From the sequence record NZ_CP014093.1: 64,000 nt of DNA. One strand, given 5' to 3'. The position numbers were made by a program, and so were the translations under genes. The notes below the pieces were generated by a model. It saw only the letters and a list, made by a program, of their open reading frames with translations, was not told the DNA's origin and searched no databases. This document shows positions 8,777 through 18,170 of the stretch, one piece after another (position 1 is the first letter of the stretch; every line of letters starts with the position of its first letter). This DNA comes from a plasmid.

Positions 8777-9031
8777 ATGCGTACTCAAGTGCGAAAAATA
8801 GGGAATAGCCTCGGTAACATCATCCCTGCTGCCTTTATCAAGCAATTAGGGCTAGCGGAGGGGGCGGATATTGAGGTTAAAACTGATGGTGGCAAGATAA
8901 TCATTGAGCCAATCAAGCGCCCAAAAAAAAGCTTTCCATTTAGCGAAAAAGAACTATTGAAAGGTTTAGATGCACATACGGCACACGCCGATGAGCTGGC
9001 AATAGTTTCAGGCAAGGAGTTAGGTGAATAA
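8777..9031 (+). CDS. mazE: MazE/PemI-like antitoxin (AbrB/SpoVT fold)
   Basis: MRTQVRKIGNSLGNIIPAAFIKQLGLAEGADIEVK is a SpoVT/AbrB swapped-hairpin motif. Start overlaps the next gene (ATGG). Confidence 0.75.
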   Translation: MRTQVRKIGNSLGNIIPAAFIKQLGLAEGADIEVKTDGGKIIIEPIKRPKKSFPFSEKELLKGLDAHTAHADELAIVSGKELGE

Positions 9032-9384
9032 TGGCGCAGTTTATTCCTAAACGAAACGATATTATCTGGCTCGACTTTGAGCCAACAAAGGGAAAGGAAA
9101 TTGGCAAGTACCGTCCTGCGCTAGTGCTTTCCAGCAAAGAATATAACCAACAAACAGGATTACTCATTTGCTGCCCTATTAGCACCAGTATTCGCGGCCA
9201 AGCAACGGAAGTTCCCGTAAATAACCTAGATAAACCTTGTGTGGTTGCTTCTAGCTTAATCCAAACCCTGTCTTGGAAAGATCGCAAAGCCAAGAAGATT
9301 GCCACCGCTGAAAGTGGGGTTATGGAGGATGTTTTACTTCGCCTTATACCGCTAATCGGTGCAGACTCCTTGTTTGATGGATAA
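9031..9384 (+). CDS. mazF: MazF/PemK-family endoribonuclease toxin
   Basis: GDIIWLDFEPTKGKEIGKYRPALVLS...LICCPISTS matches the PemK/MazF signature. Confidence 0.8.
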   Translation: MAQFIPKRNDIIWLDFEPTKGKEIGKYRPALVLSSKEYNQQTGLLICCPISTSIRGQATEVPVNNLDKPCVVASSLIQTLSWKDRKAKKIATAESGVMEDVLLRLIPLIGADSLFDG

Positions 9385-9432
9385 CGTGTGCTTTGACTAG
9401 TGCTGATGGATAAAAAAACACTTGAACTACGC

Positions 9433-9442
9433 ATTCCGAACG
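9433..9442 (-). promoter_or_regulatory. element motif, reverse orientation (ATTCCGAACg)
   Basis: 9 of 10 match. Confidence 0.4.
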
Positions 9443-9830
9443 GATAAATTTATTTATACGCGAGTTACATAGTTGCCATTGTGACGACCGTGTTTCCTTT
9501 AAAATCTTAGACAACTGTGCTCAAGCGCCTTTGGTTATTCCATTGGCGCTTTTTTCTTGATTTTTCAGAGTAAGTATCAATATAATTGCCCTGTTTCGTG
9601 TTGAAGTGTAAAGCTTCGACAAGTGATTCAAAGTAGGTTTGCAAAAGAGAGTTAAAGAGCTGGTAGAAATACTGGCTCTTTTTTATGTGTCGCGTTTCAA
9701 CCTATTGAAAAGGCGTTTTTGGTGTCCTATATTTACCTCGCTCGCAAGAAAATGGACGTGGATACTCCAAAATATAGATGGCCAATTGATTGGTTATTGA
9801 ATTACCTGTTATTGACAACTCCTCAAAATC

Positions 9831-9860
9831 AAAAGGCCACGGTAAACGTGGCCTTTTCTT
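9831..9860 (-). terminator. bidirectional stem-loop terminator after minus-strand gene 9859-10395
   Basis: AGGCCACG-gtaaa-CGTGGCCT flanked by A and T runs. Confidence 0.5.
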
Positions 9861-10395
9861 ATGTTAAAAACGTCATTTTTAACAAGTCTATTCGGAATAA
9901 CAAAGGCCGTAAAAAGCCAACTAAAATACATGCTACCGAGAAAATGAATACGCATGTGGTTCGCTGGTGGCTCCCCGAAGCGAATAGATTCAAACAGTAC
10001 TTATCAAATGGGGTAAAAATCGGTACTGGCTGGCGGTTTAGCACATCCCCAAGCCAATGCGAGATACAACCGCATCCAAATCCACACAGAATTGCACCTA
10101 GAATCGTGCTGGTGGCTTTTAACGCCTCAATGAGTACGAATGTATCCCCTATTGCCAAATGATAGCCATAAGCCGTTACAGCGAGCCATAACGAAAGGGT
10201 ATGGGTGTAAGTTCGGTGCGGGATTCTGTCAAATTCAAGCCAGTCTGGTGCGCCCGAACCGCTTAAGCAACCAAGAAATGCCAGGATTGAATGCAATGGT
10301 GTTGTGTCTGCCATTAAGGCGAGAGGAACGGGCGCAAAGCACAGTGCTCCCCACGCGTGTCCGGTTCGGTTCATTCTTCCTCGCAATGAACACAA
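9859..10395 (-). CDS. YdjM-like membrane-bound metal-dependent hydrolase (DUF457)
   Basis: HRTYTHTLSLWLAV and GCISHWLGDVLNRQPVPIFTPF resemble E. coli YdjM (HRGFTHSLLAV, GYLSHILADMLTPAGVPLLWP). The start is probably an internal Met. Confidence 0.5.
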   Translation of the reverse strand: MCSLRGRMNRTGHAWGALCFAPVPLALMADTTPLHSILAFLGCLSGSGAPDWLEFDRIPHRTYTHTLSLWLAVTAYGYHLAIGDTFVLIEALKATSTILGAILCGFGCGCISHWLGDVLNRQPVPIFTPFDKYCLNLFASGSHQRTTCVFIFSVACILVGFLRPLLFRIDLLKMTFLT

Positions 10396-10784
10396 TACGC
10401 ATAGACGATGGCACTCATCGCTATGGTTCGATTGCGGTAGTTGGTGGCCAATTCCTCGAACGTCTTTGCCACTTCGGGATCAATCCAAGGGCTAATTTGG
10501 CGTGTTCCTACAAGGTCGCCCTCTGTCACCTCGGGGTGCTTTTCTGGTAGCTGGTTCGGGTCAGTGTTGTTGATGGCCAATTGATATAGGTCAGTCAGGG
10601 TAATGCCGTTCTGTTCGCATTGTTCGCATGCTTTGGCGTGAGCAAGGCGTGAGATACGCGCTTGCAGTAGTGCTAAACCCTTTTCCCGCTGGCGAGTTCT
10701 AAACGTGGCTTGTCGCGCTTTGGTTTTGGCTTTGTGTCTGAATTTGATGCGCTCGGGTGCTTTCAAGGGTATTCCTTTCATCAC
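10371..10784 (-). CDS. hypothetical basic protein
   Basis: 137-aa ORF co-oriented with the ydjM-like gene. Confidence 0.35.
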   Translation of the reverse strand: MMKGIPLKAPERIKFRHKAKTKARQATFRTRQREKGLALLQARISRLAHAKACEQCEQNGITLTDLYQLAINNTDPNQLPEKHPEVTEGDLVGTRQISPWIDPEVAKTFEELATNYRNRTIAMSAIVYAYCVHCEEE

Positions 10785-11039
10785 GTAGCGCGTTGTCTTG
10801 GGTATGGGGGAAAGGTGGCTAGTGAGATAACGCAGCCAATTACTATATTGTGCCGCAGAATCAATTGTACATAAGTAGCGTTACTCACTAGCTGGCCATG
10901 ATTATATGCAGAAAATCGTTACTGTAAATACTATTTAATGTCGCGTTATTAAATTTTGTCTTTAAAGTCTCATTGACAATCAAATGGTTGTTTCATCTGG
11001 CTTCATCCTTGTTGTGATTGGCTCGATAAACTCTGTATT

Positions 11040-11049
11040 ATTCCGAACG
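11040..11049 (-). promoter_or_regulatory. element motif, reverse orientation (ATTCCGAACg) just after a TATTAT box, 25 bp before the terS-like GTG
   Basis: TTGTGA...TATTAT promoter-like elements at 11010-11036 precede it. Confidence 0.5.
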
Positions 11050-11073
11050 TAACGAAATAAGTGGGGTTTAACC

Positions 11074-12468
11074 GTGTCCGGCAAGATTGACTATCAGGCT
11101 CACCAACAGCAGTTTTGGGAGCAGTTAGAGAAGCAGCCGACTTTGACGCTGGCCGAGTATTGCGAAGCCAACGGACTAAAGTACGGCACCGCTAAGCGAT
11201 ATATAAAACGGCCAGCCAAAACGGGCGGCAAGTTCCAACCGTCCGTTATGCCAAAAATCAAAGCGAAAAAGACCAGTCAGGGCAATGACTGGCATTCCCT
11301 TTTGAAAGAATTTCTCGTGCGTGGCGCTCAAAACCCAACGCTCACGATGGCCGCTTTTGCGAAAGATAAAGGGGTGAACGGTGCGACATTGCGCCGCCAG
11401 TTTAATTCCATGCGATCGCTGCCCGAGTTTGATCGATTATTTGATCTTTACGATGAGCAATTAGCGAAATTTCAAGAAGCGAAAAACGACAAGAAGAAAA
11501 AAAGGGCTGATAAATCAAAGTCCAAAGAAGCGGGGGCAACTGCGCAAGCGCAAAGTGCGCAAGGCGATCGCGCGAAAACAGGAGGTATTGGATCACTGCG
11601 CAAGCCGCGATCAGTTGAGGGACTTTCGCAGTATTCCAGTGCTCAAGTGGGTCGCCCTGTTGTGCATGGTGGTTATGCCCGTAGTGCGGGTATTACTGGC
11701 GAAATCATGGATATTCTCATGGATACCGATCCGCTTTCGGTTTGCAACGAACTGATTATTGCCCGTTCGCAGTATTACCGAATGAATGAGACGTTAGCTA
11801 AACGCCTTAAAGAGATCGATGAAATGGAAGAAAGCGGAGACATTCCGCTCAATGACGAAAACCAGCCAGTAGACATAAACGCCATGCGTGACCGTCTCAT
11901 CTTTGGCTATGGCACCAGATTGCGTGAACTGGAATTGAGTATTTCCACGATGGCCAAACAAGAGGCCAAGCGCTACATCGATTTGCGTAAACAGGAATAC
12001 GCTGAATTGATGATGCCACACTTACTGCCAGCGGAAGAAACCAGCCTAGTAATAGAAATGCTTTCTCTGCGCACTAAGAACAACTGGACAGCCTTAGAGA
12101 CGTGTCAGCAAATCGAGAAGTTAGGTGCACGTCCACCAGCAACGCTATTGCATGAAGCTAAGGTAGAGCTAGCGAACCTAGAACCAGAAGTAGAAGACAC
12201 TGGTATCAGTGAGCAAGAGCTGGATGAGCTGTTTGATGACTACACGTTAGAGCAGATTGAGCAGCAAGATAACTGGCTACCTGCGCGCAAAGAAGAAGTA
12301 AACCGACGAATCAAAGAAGCCGAAGACCTAGAGAACGGCGTAGAACCTACCCTATCCCCATCCCAAATACAAAACGAAGCCGCTAAAGAGCAAGCCTATG
12401 ATGACCTCGATAACGAGGGAGTGTCGGGGTTTGACGATGTAGACAGCTTCGAGGTACTTGGTGGCTAG
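11074..12468 (+). CDS. putative terminase small subunit / DNA-packaging protein with acidic C-terminus
   Basis: N-terminal HTH-like TLAEYCEANGLKYGTAKRYIKRP. Lies directly upstream of the large terminase, and the C-terminus is very acidic. GTG start. Confidence 0.45.
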   Translation: MSGKIDYQAHQQQFWEQLEKQPTLTLAEYCEANGLKYGTAKRYIKRPAKTGGKFQPSVMPKIKAKKTSQGNDWHSLLKEFLVRGAQNPTLTMAAFAKDKGVNGATLRRQFNSMRSLPEFDRLFDLYDEQLAKFQEAKNDKKKKRADKSKSKEAGATAQAQSAQGDRAKTGGIGSLRKPRSVEGLSQYSSAQVGRPVVHGGYARSAGITGEIMDILMDTDPLSVCNELIIARSQYYRMNETLAKRLKEIDEMEESGDIPLNDENQPVDINAMRDRLIFGYGTRLRELELSISTMAKQEAKRYIDLRKQEYAELMMPHLLPAEETSLVIEMLSLRTKNNWTALETCQQIEKLGARPPATLLHEAKVELANLEPEVEDTGISEQELDELFDDYTLEQIEQQDNWLPARKEEVNRRIKEAEDLENGVEPTLSPSQIQNEAAKEQAYDDLDNEGVSGFDDVDSFEVLGG

Positions 12469-12526
12469 ACGAATAAAGAGCGTAACACAAGATCCCGTTA
12501 CCCTGCCCTAGTTAAGCGGTATCGCT

Positions 12527-13955
12527 ATGACTGGAAACGCCTCGCTGTTGAGCTAGTCGGTAAGAAGCCGAGCTGGCAGCAGCGCAAAATCATTGATAGT
12601 GCTCAGCGTATTGGTGCGCGAACGACTGTCAGCTCTGGCCACGGTACAGGCAAGTCAGACATGACCAGTATCATGATCATTGCTTTCATGCTCTGTTTCC
12701 CCAATGCGCGTGTTGTGCTGGTGGCGAACAACGCGAGACAGGTACAAATCGGTGTATGGAAGTACCTAAAATCCAACTGGAACACGCTCTTACAAAAGCA
12801 TGGTTGGTTACAGCAATACTTCACCATTACCGAGACAGCCTTTTTTGAAAACTCAGCAAAAGGTATCTGGCAAACCAGTGCTAAATCGTGCCGTATTGGT
12901 AACGAGGAAGCGCTAGCGGGTGAACACGCTAAACACTTGTTTGTTATTGTCGATGAGGCGTCAGGCGTCTCTGACAAGGCTTTTGGTGTGTTAGCGGGTG
13001 CATTGACCGAGAAAGATAACCGAATGCTGTTATTGAGCCAGCCAACGCGCCCTAGCGGCTATTTCTACGATACGCATCACCGATTAGCCGAGCCTAGTGG
13101 TCGATGGCGAGCCATCCGGCTTAACTCCGAGGAATCGCCGTTCGTAACCGTGGAATTTATCCTCGATAAGCGATTGGAGTATGGCGGTCGAGAGGCACCG
13201 GAATACCTGATTAAAGTACGTGGGGAGTTCCCAAGTTCCATTGCTGGCATGCTGCTTAGTCGGGATGCACTGGACAAAAGCGCAAGGCTCAACCTCGATA
13301 TGCCCGATGGTTGGGGTTGGGCTGCGCTGGTGGACGTGGGTAATGGTCGTGACCGCTCGATACTCAATATCTGCAAGGTTTGGGGTCAACGCATGGAGCG
13401 CATCGTTAAGAGCGTGAAATTGCTTGAACAACCAAGCACGGTCGATCCGGTTCGGTTCGCTGACATTATCCATGCAGAGTGTAGTGAGGACTTGTACCCA
13501 AACATCACGATAGCAGTGGATAGTGACGGTGTAGGTTATGACACGGCGACTTGCTTAGAACGCTACGGACGGCGCGTACAGCGCATTCGTTGGGGTAAGA
13601 AGATGCACTCCACCAGCGATAAGCAGCGTTTCTTTAACCAGCGTGCGTATGCCAATGTTATGGCTCGGGATGCGATAAACCAAGGCCGCATGCAGATAGA
13701 TAAGAACGTCAAGACGGCAGAACAAGGCAGTAAAATACCTTGTGCAATCAACGAGTCAGGCCAATGGGTAATGATGCCAAAACCGATGATGAAAGAGAAA
13801 ATGAACATCCATCACCTGACCGTTGGGATACATACTGTTTTTCTCAATTGGTAGATTATGTGCCGCACGAAATGGAAGTAACAGAGAGCATGCTAGAGTC
13901 TCGCAGTTCCGTAGAACAATGGGTACTGGAAGCGCTTGAATCGGACGATGCTTAA
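12527..13955 (+). CDS. terL: terminase large subunit, with at least two -1 frameshifts and an ambiguous start
   Basis: Walker A [13 protein letters not shown] and Walker B LFVIVDEASGV are present. The frame is open from 12469 (just after the upstream TAG) with no ATG, GTG or TTG before 12661. The ATG at 12527 lies in the -1 frame, consistent with a lost G in CTGG. The C-terminus probably continues in ORF 13740-13955 after another shift. Confidence 0.7.
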
Positions 13956-13974
13956 TTCCGTTGGTGCCAACATA

Positions 13975-14009
13975 TAAAAGTAATATGAAAAGGTGGCGAT
14001 ACCGTTAAA
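13975..14009 (-). terminator. rho-independent terminator for minus-strand gene 14064-14969
   Basis: GGTGGCGATA-ccgttaaa-TATCGCCACC with a U-run on the minus strand. Confidence 0.6.
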
Positions 14010-14063
14010 TATCGCCACCAAATCACCAATCAAAGCGGAACAACAATAATATAGCTTAAAACC

Positions 14064-14969
14064 TTAGTTCACTAATCCATCGAACTGCGAACGTGCTTTG
14101 CTTTCGTTCTTGCTTCTAAGCTCTTTTCTGGCTTCACGAATAGCGTCAACTTCGCTTTCTATATACATATTAGCGTTAGGGTACAGTACCGACTTAAAAG
14201 CATTCGCTTCATCGAATATCGAACGTCCCTCAGTGGTATTGTTCGTGATTAGCACATCGTGATCTTTACAAGAGCGATGCCTAATTAGAACAAGGCCACC
14301 AGCGTTAACGTGAACCTTTTTAGCTACGCGAGAAATGCCACCATTGTTGCCATCATAGGTATGGATGATAGCTACAATGTCATTGTGTTCTTGACCGCGC
14401 TTTCTAAACTCAACGTCTGCATTGTCTTTGAAGTATTTCAATTCATTCAATGCAGTGTTTTTATTGTTAGTGAGCTGCTCTTTCTCATCTTCTGGAAGAT
14501 CGTAGGAGAGTTTACGGTCGAGGTCGCGTAGGTATGCTTCAAGTCTTTTGGCTAGACGTGCGCCAGTGACTTTCTGGCTGCTAGCTGCTTTATTAATTGT
14601 GATGTTAACGCGACGGACGTTCTCAATTACGGTCGTCTCTTTAAATGAGTTAGATGAGCTGTTGAAGTATTGAGGTGCGCGCTCTAAAAGCTCTTTATTG
14701 GCTGATTTCGCGGCCTCAATATACTCAAGTAAACGAGTGGTCGGATTACCACGTTTTACTACAGCTACGATGCGTTCATTGAATAGTCCACTATCTTCCT
14801 TGCCATCTATTTGTTCGGAAAAAGTCGCGCGGTGCTTCAAGGCACGTTTTAGGCGCGCATCTGCCGTTTGTTTGTTTGCAAGTAATTGATTAAGTGTTTC
14901 TATATCAATAGCTTTTAAATCTTTAATTTCAGTATTTTTTTTATTAATCATGGTGAACGGTTGCTCCAA
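14064..14969 (-). CDS. hypothetical protein in an AT-rich island, coiled-coil N-terminus, possible HEPN-like R-x4-H motif (RSCKDH)
   Basis: 301-aa ORF whose AT content is much higher than the flanking terminase region. The motif LIRHRSCKDHD fits R-x4-6-H. No confident family assignment. Confidence 0.5.
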   Translation of the reverse strand: MEQPFTMINKKNTEIKDLKAIDIETLNQLLANKQTADARLKRALKHRATFSEQIDGKEDSGLFNERIVAVVKRGNPTTRLLEYIEAAKSANKELLERAPQYFNSSSNSFKETTVIENVRRVNITINKAASSQKVTGARLAKRLEAYLRDLDRKLSYDLPEDEKEQLTNNKNTALNELKYFKDNADVEFRKRGQEHNDIVAIIHTYDGNNGGISRVAKKVHVNAGGLVLIRHRSCKDHDVLITNNTTEGRSIFDEANAFKSVLYPNANMYIESEVDAIREARKELRSKNESKARSQFDGLVN

Positions 14970-15065
14970 ATTACATTGGAGGATAAAGGTTACACTCCAT
15001 CCCTGAGCGTATGCGAGTAACGAAAAACCCTACCTTTATCCTTGATGCGTAGCATACCGTTTTTG

Positions 15066-15075
15066 TGTTCGGAAT
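15066..15075 (+). promoter_or_regulatory. element motif TGTTCGGAAT between two minus-strand island genes
   Basis: Exact 10-mer. Confidence 0.45.
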
Positions 15076-15116
15076 TAAATAAAAAACGAACAGAAGAACG
15101 TTATAAGTGTTGCTTT

Positions 15117-15359
15117 TTAAGCGGAGAAGTGATCTCGAACGAAGTTTAATACGTCATCACGATTAATAGATGAATTGCATAGTGCGTTCGGATGCGATTG
15201 GATAAGATGCATCATGCAAATGTCGGTCGCGTCATCGAGGAACGAGCTGCTAAATACATCTAGGGACAGGTCACATTTATCTAGTATTTCGATTGGAATT
15301 AATTGATTCAACGTGCAGTGCATATCTATATCTCTTAAGCCAATTGACTGGATAGCCAA
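15117..15359 (-). CDS. hypothetical protein
   Basis: 80-aa ORF in the same AT-rich island. Confidence 0.35.
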   Translation of the reverse strand: MAIQSIGLRDIDMHCTLNQLIPIEILDKCDLSLDVFSSSFLDDATDICMMHLIQSHPNALCNSSINRDDVLNFVRDHFSA

Positions 15360-15906
15360 TACGTATATAGCTCTGATTTGGAAAGAGTTTAGGGGATTCT
15401 CGCCAGCCGAGCTTATGTTCGCGGAGTATTATGAGACTGTGATCTTTGATTGTCTAGATATGCAAAATAATGCAAACATATCGTTACTAGCAGTTAGGTT
15501 TTGAGAACGTGACCTATACCGCATAATAATTGAGGATATGTATATTTGTTCGTGTCACGTGACGACGTAACACCGTGATTATATTTCAAAATACGGGTAA
15601 TTGTCGTGGCGAGTTTCAAAAAACCTATTTTAGTTTCAGTTCTATACAGAACTGAAACTAAATTATTCAATGTTTTGTCGCTGGTCATTTCCTCTTAAAT
15701 ACAAAAAATATAATAAAAACAATAACTTATACATTGTGTGGGGTTGTTTTCTAATCCTGGCGCTTTGTGTGAAAAAACCTAAATATTCCATAGGAATATT
15801 GATAAAAAATGGCTTCTTGCTGGTGGAGTTTTGAGCACTGTTGCGTTGTTTGTCAAAGGTTGATTAATCGGTCACTTTTGGAACTCTTTGTACTTTCAAT
15901 GGAATC

Positions 15907-15916
15907 ATTCCGAACA
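15907..15916 (-). promoter_or_regulatory. element motif ATTCCGAACA
   Basis: Exact 10-mer. A variant ATTCCGAGCA at 15951-15960 follows a TATATTAT box. Confidence 0.5.
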
Positions 15917-15995
15917 GAGTTGAAAAGGATATTCCTTTAGAATATATTATATTCCGAGCAAACACTGGAATTTTACTAAAAAAGGATCAGCAAAA

Positions 15996-16454
15996 ATGTT
16001 TAAAAAAAATGAATTGGTGTCGCTTTCGGATGAGTGGTCGAGCAAACGCAGTGCCATCCAAGAGCGCCACCACGACCTTATTTTTATCTCTTTGGATGAG
16101 CTAATTAATGAATGTGGAGGCCAAGAACAAGCCGCCGCCGTCATTCGCAATTTCTACGGCTTCCCTTGTGTGCAAGGCACGATCAGCAAGGCTCGAAAAG
16201 GTAATAATGCGCTAAAGATTCGCTCTCAACTTCGCTTTGCCATAAACACAATTAAAGAAGCTCAAAGCATCCAAGCACAAACCAAGATGATCAACCACTT
16301 TGGCCGCTTACCTGTTCACCACGACTTCGTGCGTGTCGATGGCGAACTAGGCTTATTCTTGGGATTTGGCTTGTTATCCCGAACCCTACAAATTCAAGTG
16401 TTCGTTGGTGGCGAGTTTAAAACGGTTAATGCTAATCACGTGGAGTTGATCTAA
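15996..16454 (+). CDS. hypothetical protein upstream of the integrase catalytic fragment
   Basis: 152-aa ORF with TAATG overlap to the next gene. Confidence 0.4.
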   Translation: MFKKNELVSLSDEWSSKRSAIQERHHDLIFISLDELINECGGQEQAAAVIRNFYGFPCVQGTISKARKGNNALKIRSQLRFAINTIKEAQSIQAQTKMINHFGRLPVHHDFVRVDGELGLFLGFGLLSRTLQIQVFVGGEFKTVNANHVELI

Positions 16455-17082
16455 TGGCTGCTTTCCCTGCGCGTGACTTAGACGAGTTGGAAAAAATAAT
16501 CCGTTTAATGGATGACATTAACCCGCTTATCTCTATGATGATTGAAATGGAGGTTCGTACAGGTTTACGTTATTGCGACATTTCGAAGCTAAAATTCAGC
16601 GATGTGATGATAAATGGCGTGATCCGGTCGTCATTTAGCATTGTTCAATCAAAAGGTTTAAAGGCCGTATGACCCGAGGTAAGAGCGAAAAAGCCGCTAA
16701 AGAGGCCGCTCGAATCACCATTCACGTTAATGCCGAACTGGAAGAACTGATTAAACGTATCTACTTACACAATGGGCATAATGAGTTGATGTTTCAATCT
16801 AATCACCACTTGGCCAAAAAGGGCAATGCGATCAGCATCCAGTATATCAACCGAGCGTATAAGCGCATAGCAATGGAGTTGAGATTGCCATATCAGCTAT
16901 CAACACATTCGATGCGAAAAATGTACGCCATGCTCCTGCTTGAAAAGAAAGCCTCTTTGAAAGTGATTAAGGACGCGCTTGGTCACTCTAGTGTTGCCGT
17001 GACTGACCACTACTTAAGAACGTTCCACGACGAAGCGAAAGAGTACACAACAGGCATTTCATTAAAACCAAAGGCAGAATAG
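16454..17082 (+). pseudogene. tyrosine recombinase catalytic domain, split by a -1 frameshift at about 16670
   Basis: Box I R in MEVRTGLRYCDISKLKFSDV. HxxR in STHSMRKMYA. LGHSSVAVTDHYL supplies the His and the Tyr nucleophile. No N-terminal SAM-like domain in the same reading unit. Confidence 0.65.
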
Positions 17083-17096
17083 AGGGAGGGGAAATT

Positions 17097-17297
17097 ATGT
17101 GTAAGGCTCTAATGAACGCGAACTTACGAGTAAACGAATTTAAACTTCGACAACAGGAACTTTCCCGAACCTCAATTCCGAATGACCTTAAACCAAAGGT
17201 AAGAGAATTAATGAAAAAAGGGTTCAGCAAAAAGGCAATCAAGCTGGTGCTTGGTTGCAGTTATGACGACCTAAAGACTATCAATCTGTCGCATTAA
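17097..17297 (+). CDS. small basic protein (possible excisionase-like)
   Basis: 66-aa ORF directly after the integrase fragment. Confidence 0.3.
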   Translation: MCKALMNANLRVNEFKLRQQELSRTSIPNDLKPKVRELMKKGFSKKAIKLVLGCSYDDLKTINLSH

Positions 17298-17392
17298 TTA
17301 GGAATATAAGAAAACATAGTTACACTGTAACGTTATCCATTTGGCCAAGAAAGGGCAACAATGGCCAGCCAAATCCAACCGAAAGGAATTAC

Positions 17393-17913
17393 ATGTTTTG
17401 TTTATTTGAGGGTTATAGAGTGTCAGAGTGTCGTAACGCTTATGCTTATTTCGTATCTAACACAGGCTATCGATTCATCACCAAGAAAAAGACCTGTTAT
17501 GCCGTTAGTGTGCCTAAGCCGGAAGGGGGCTATATTCGTCGCTCTGTCGGGTTTGTTCGCATTGGTGAAAAGAAAGGTCTACGCAAGGCAACCAAAATAC
17601 GCAACCAAATCGGCAAGGAACTATGGGGCGTTGTTGGGATCGCGTTCGTAAGCAATTCAACTTGCTGGCGCGCTTGCCGAAAAGTCTTGAACCACGGTTA
17701 ACTACCATCGATGGTAAGCAATACTACGTAGCGCGGTACACCAAGTACGATGAGAACAACCAGAAGCATGAGCATTCCATTAAGGTAAGTGTGAACGCTT
17801 ATGGGAAATTGGCGGCATGGACGATTGCTAAGAGAAAGTTACTCAAGGCTCACAGCGATGTAATGGACGTATTGTTACACATTGAAAAAGTTAGTAGTGT
17901 ACGGTTAAAGTAA
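17393..17913 (+). pseudogene. integrase arm-type / AP2-like N-terminal DNA-binding domain-like protein, -1 frameshift near 17640
   Basis: GYRFITKKKTCYAVSVPKPEGGYIRRSVGFVRIGEKKGLRKATKI, then in the -1 frame KQYYVARYTKYDENNQKHEHSIKVSVNAYGKLAAWTIAKRK. Resembles phage integrase N-terminal DNA-binding domains, but lies downstream of the catalytic fragment, not upstream. Confidence 0.4.
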
Positions 17914-17923
17914 TATTCTATTC

Positions 17924-17933
17924 ATTTATAATA
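17924..17933 (-). promoter_or_regulatory. element motif ATTCCGAACA directly after a TATAAT box
   Basis: Exact 10-mer at the edge of the integrase block. Confidence 0.5.
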
Positions 17934-18170
17934 ATTCCGAACACTAGTTCCTAATATACTAATATTCATTAGTTAGTGACAATGCGATGAGGGGGCCCAT
18001 AGAGACATATATGAAAGTACGTATTCTCGGTCAAATGTTTGCGGCTACTGTAATTGTGCAACTTAGGCTTTATAAGTCCAATTTCATAAGAAGTTAAACA
18101 TCTTCAATGGTAACGGGTATCACGATTTGTGAAAACAGTGTAAATTATTAATCTGTTGTGTTTTTTGTAT

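Noticed and set aside
9719-10550. Plus-strand ORFs 9719-10162, 10140-10550 and 10304-10495 overlapping the minus-strand ydjM-like and 10371-10784 genes
   Set aside because: They are antisense to a gene with a clear family match (YdjM-like), contain an internal terminator-like hairpin and lack an RBS. Judged spurious.
12603-13808. Minus-strand ORFs (12603-12977, 13077-13473, 13563-13808) inside terL
   Set aside because: Antisense to a gene with Walker A/B terminase motifs. Typical shadow ORFs.
16454-17913. Integrase fragments considered as an intact site-specific recombinase defining a prophage end
   Set aside because: The catalytic domain is split, the arm-type domain is in the wrong order and both carry frameshifts. 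Even allowing for sequencing errors the domain order is non-canonical, so no att sites were inferred.
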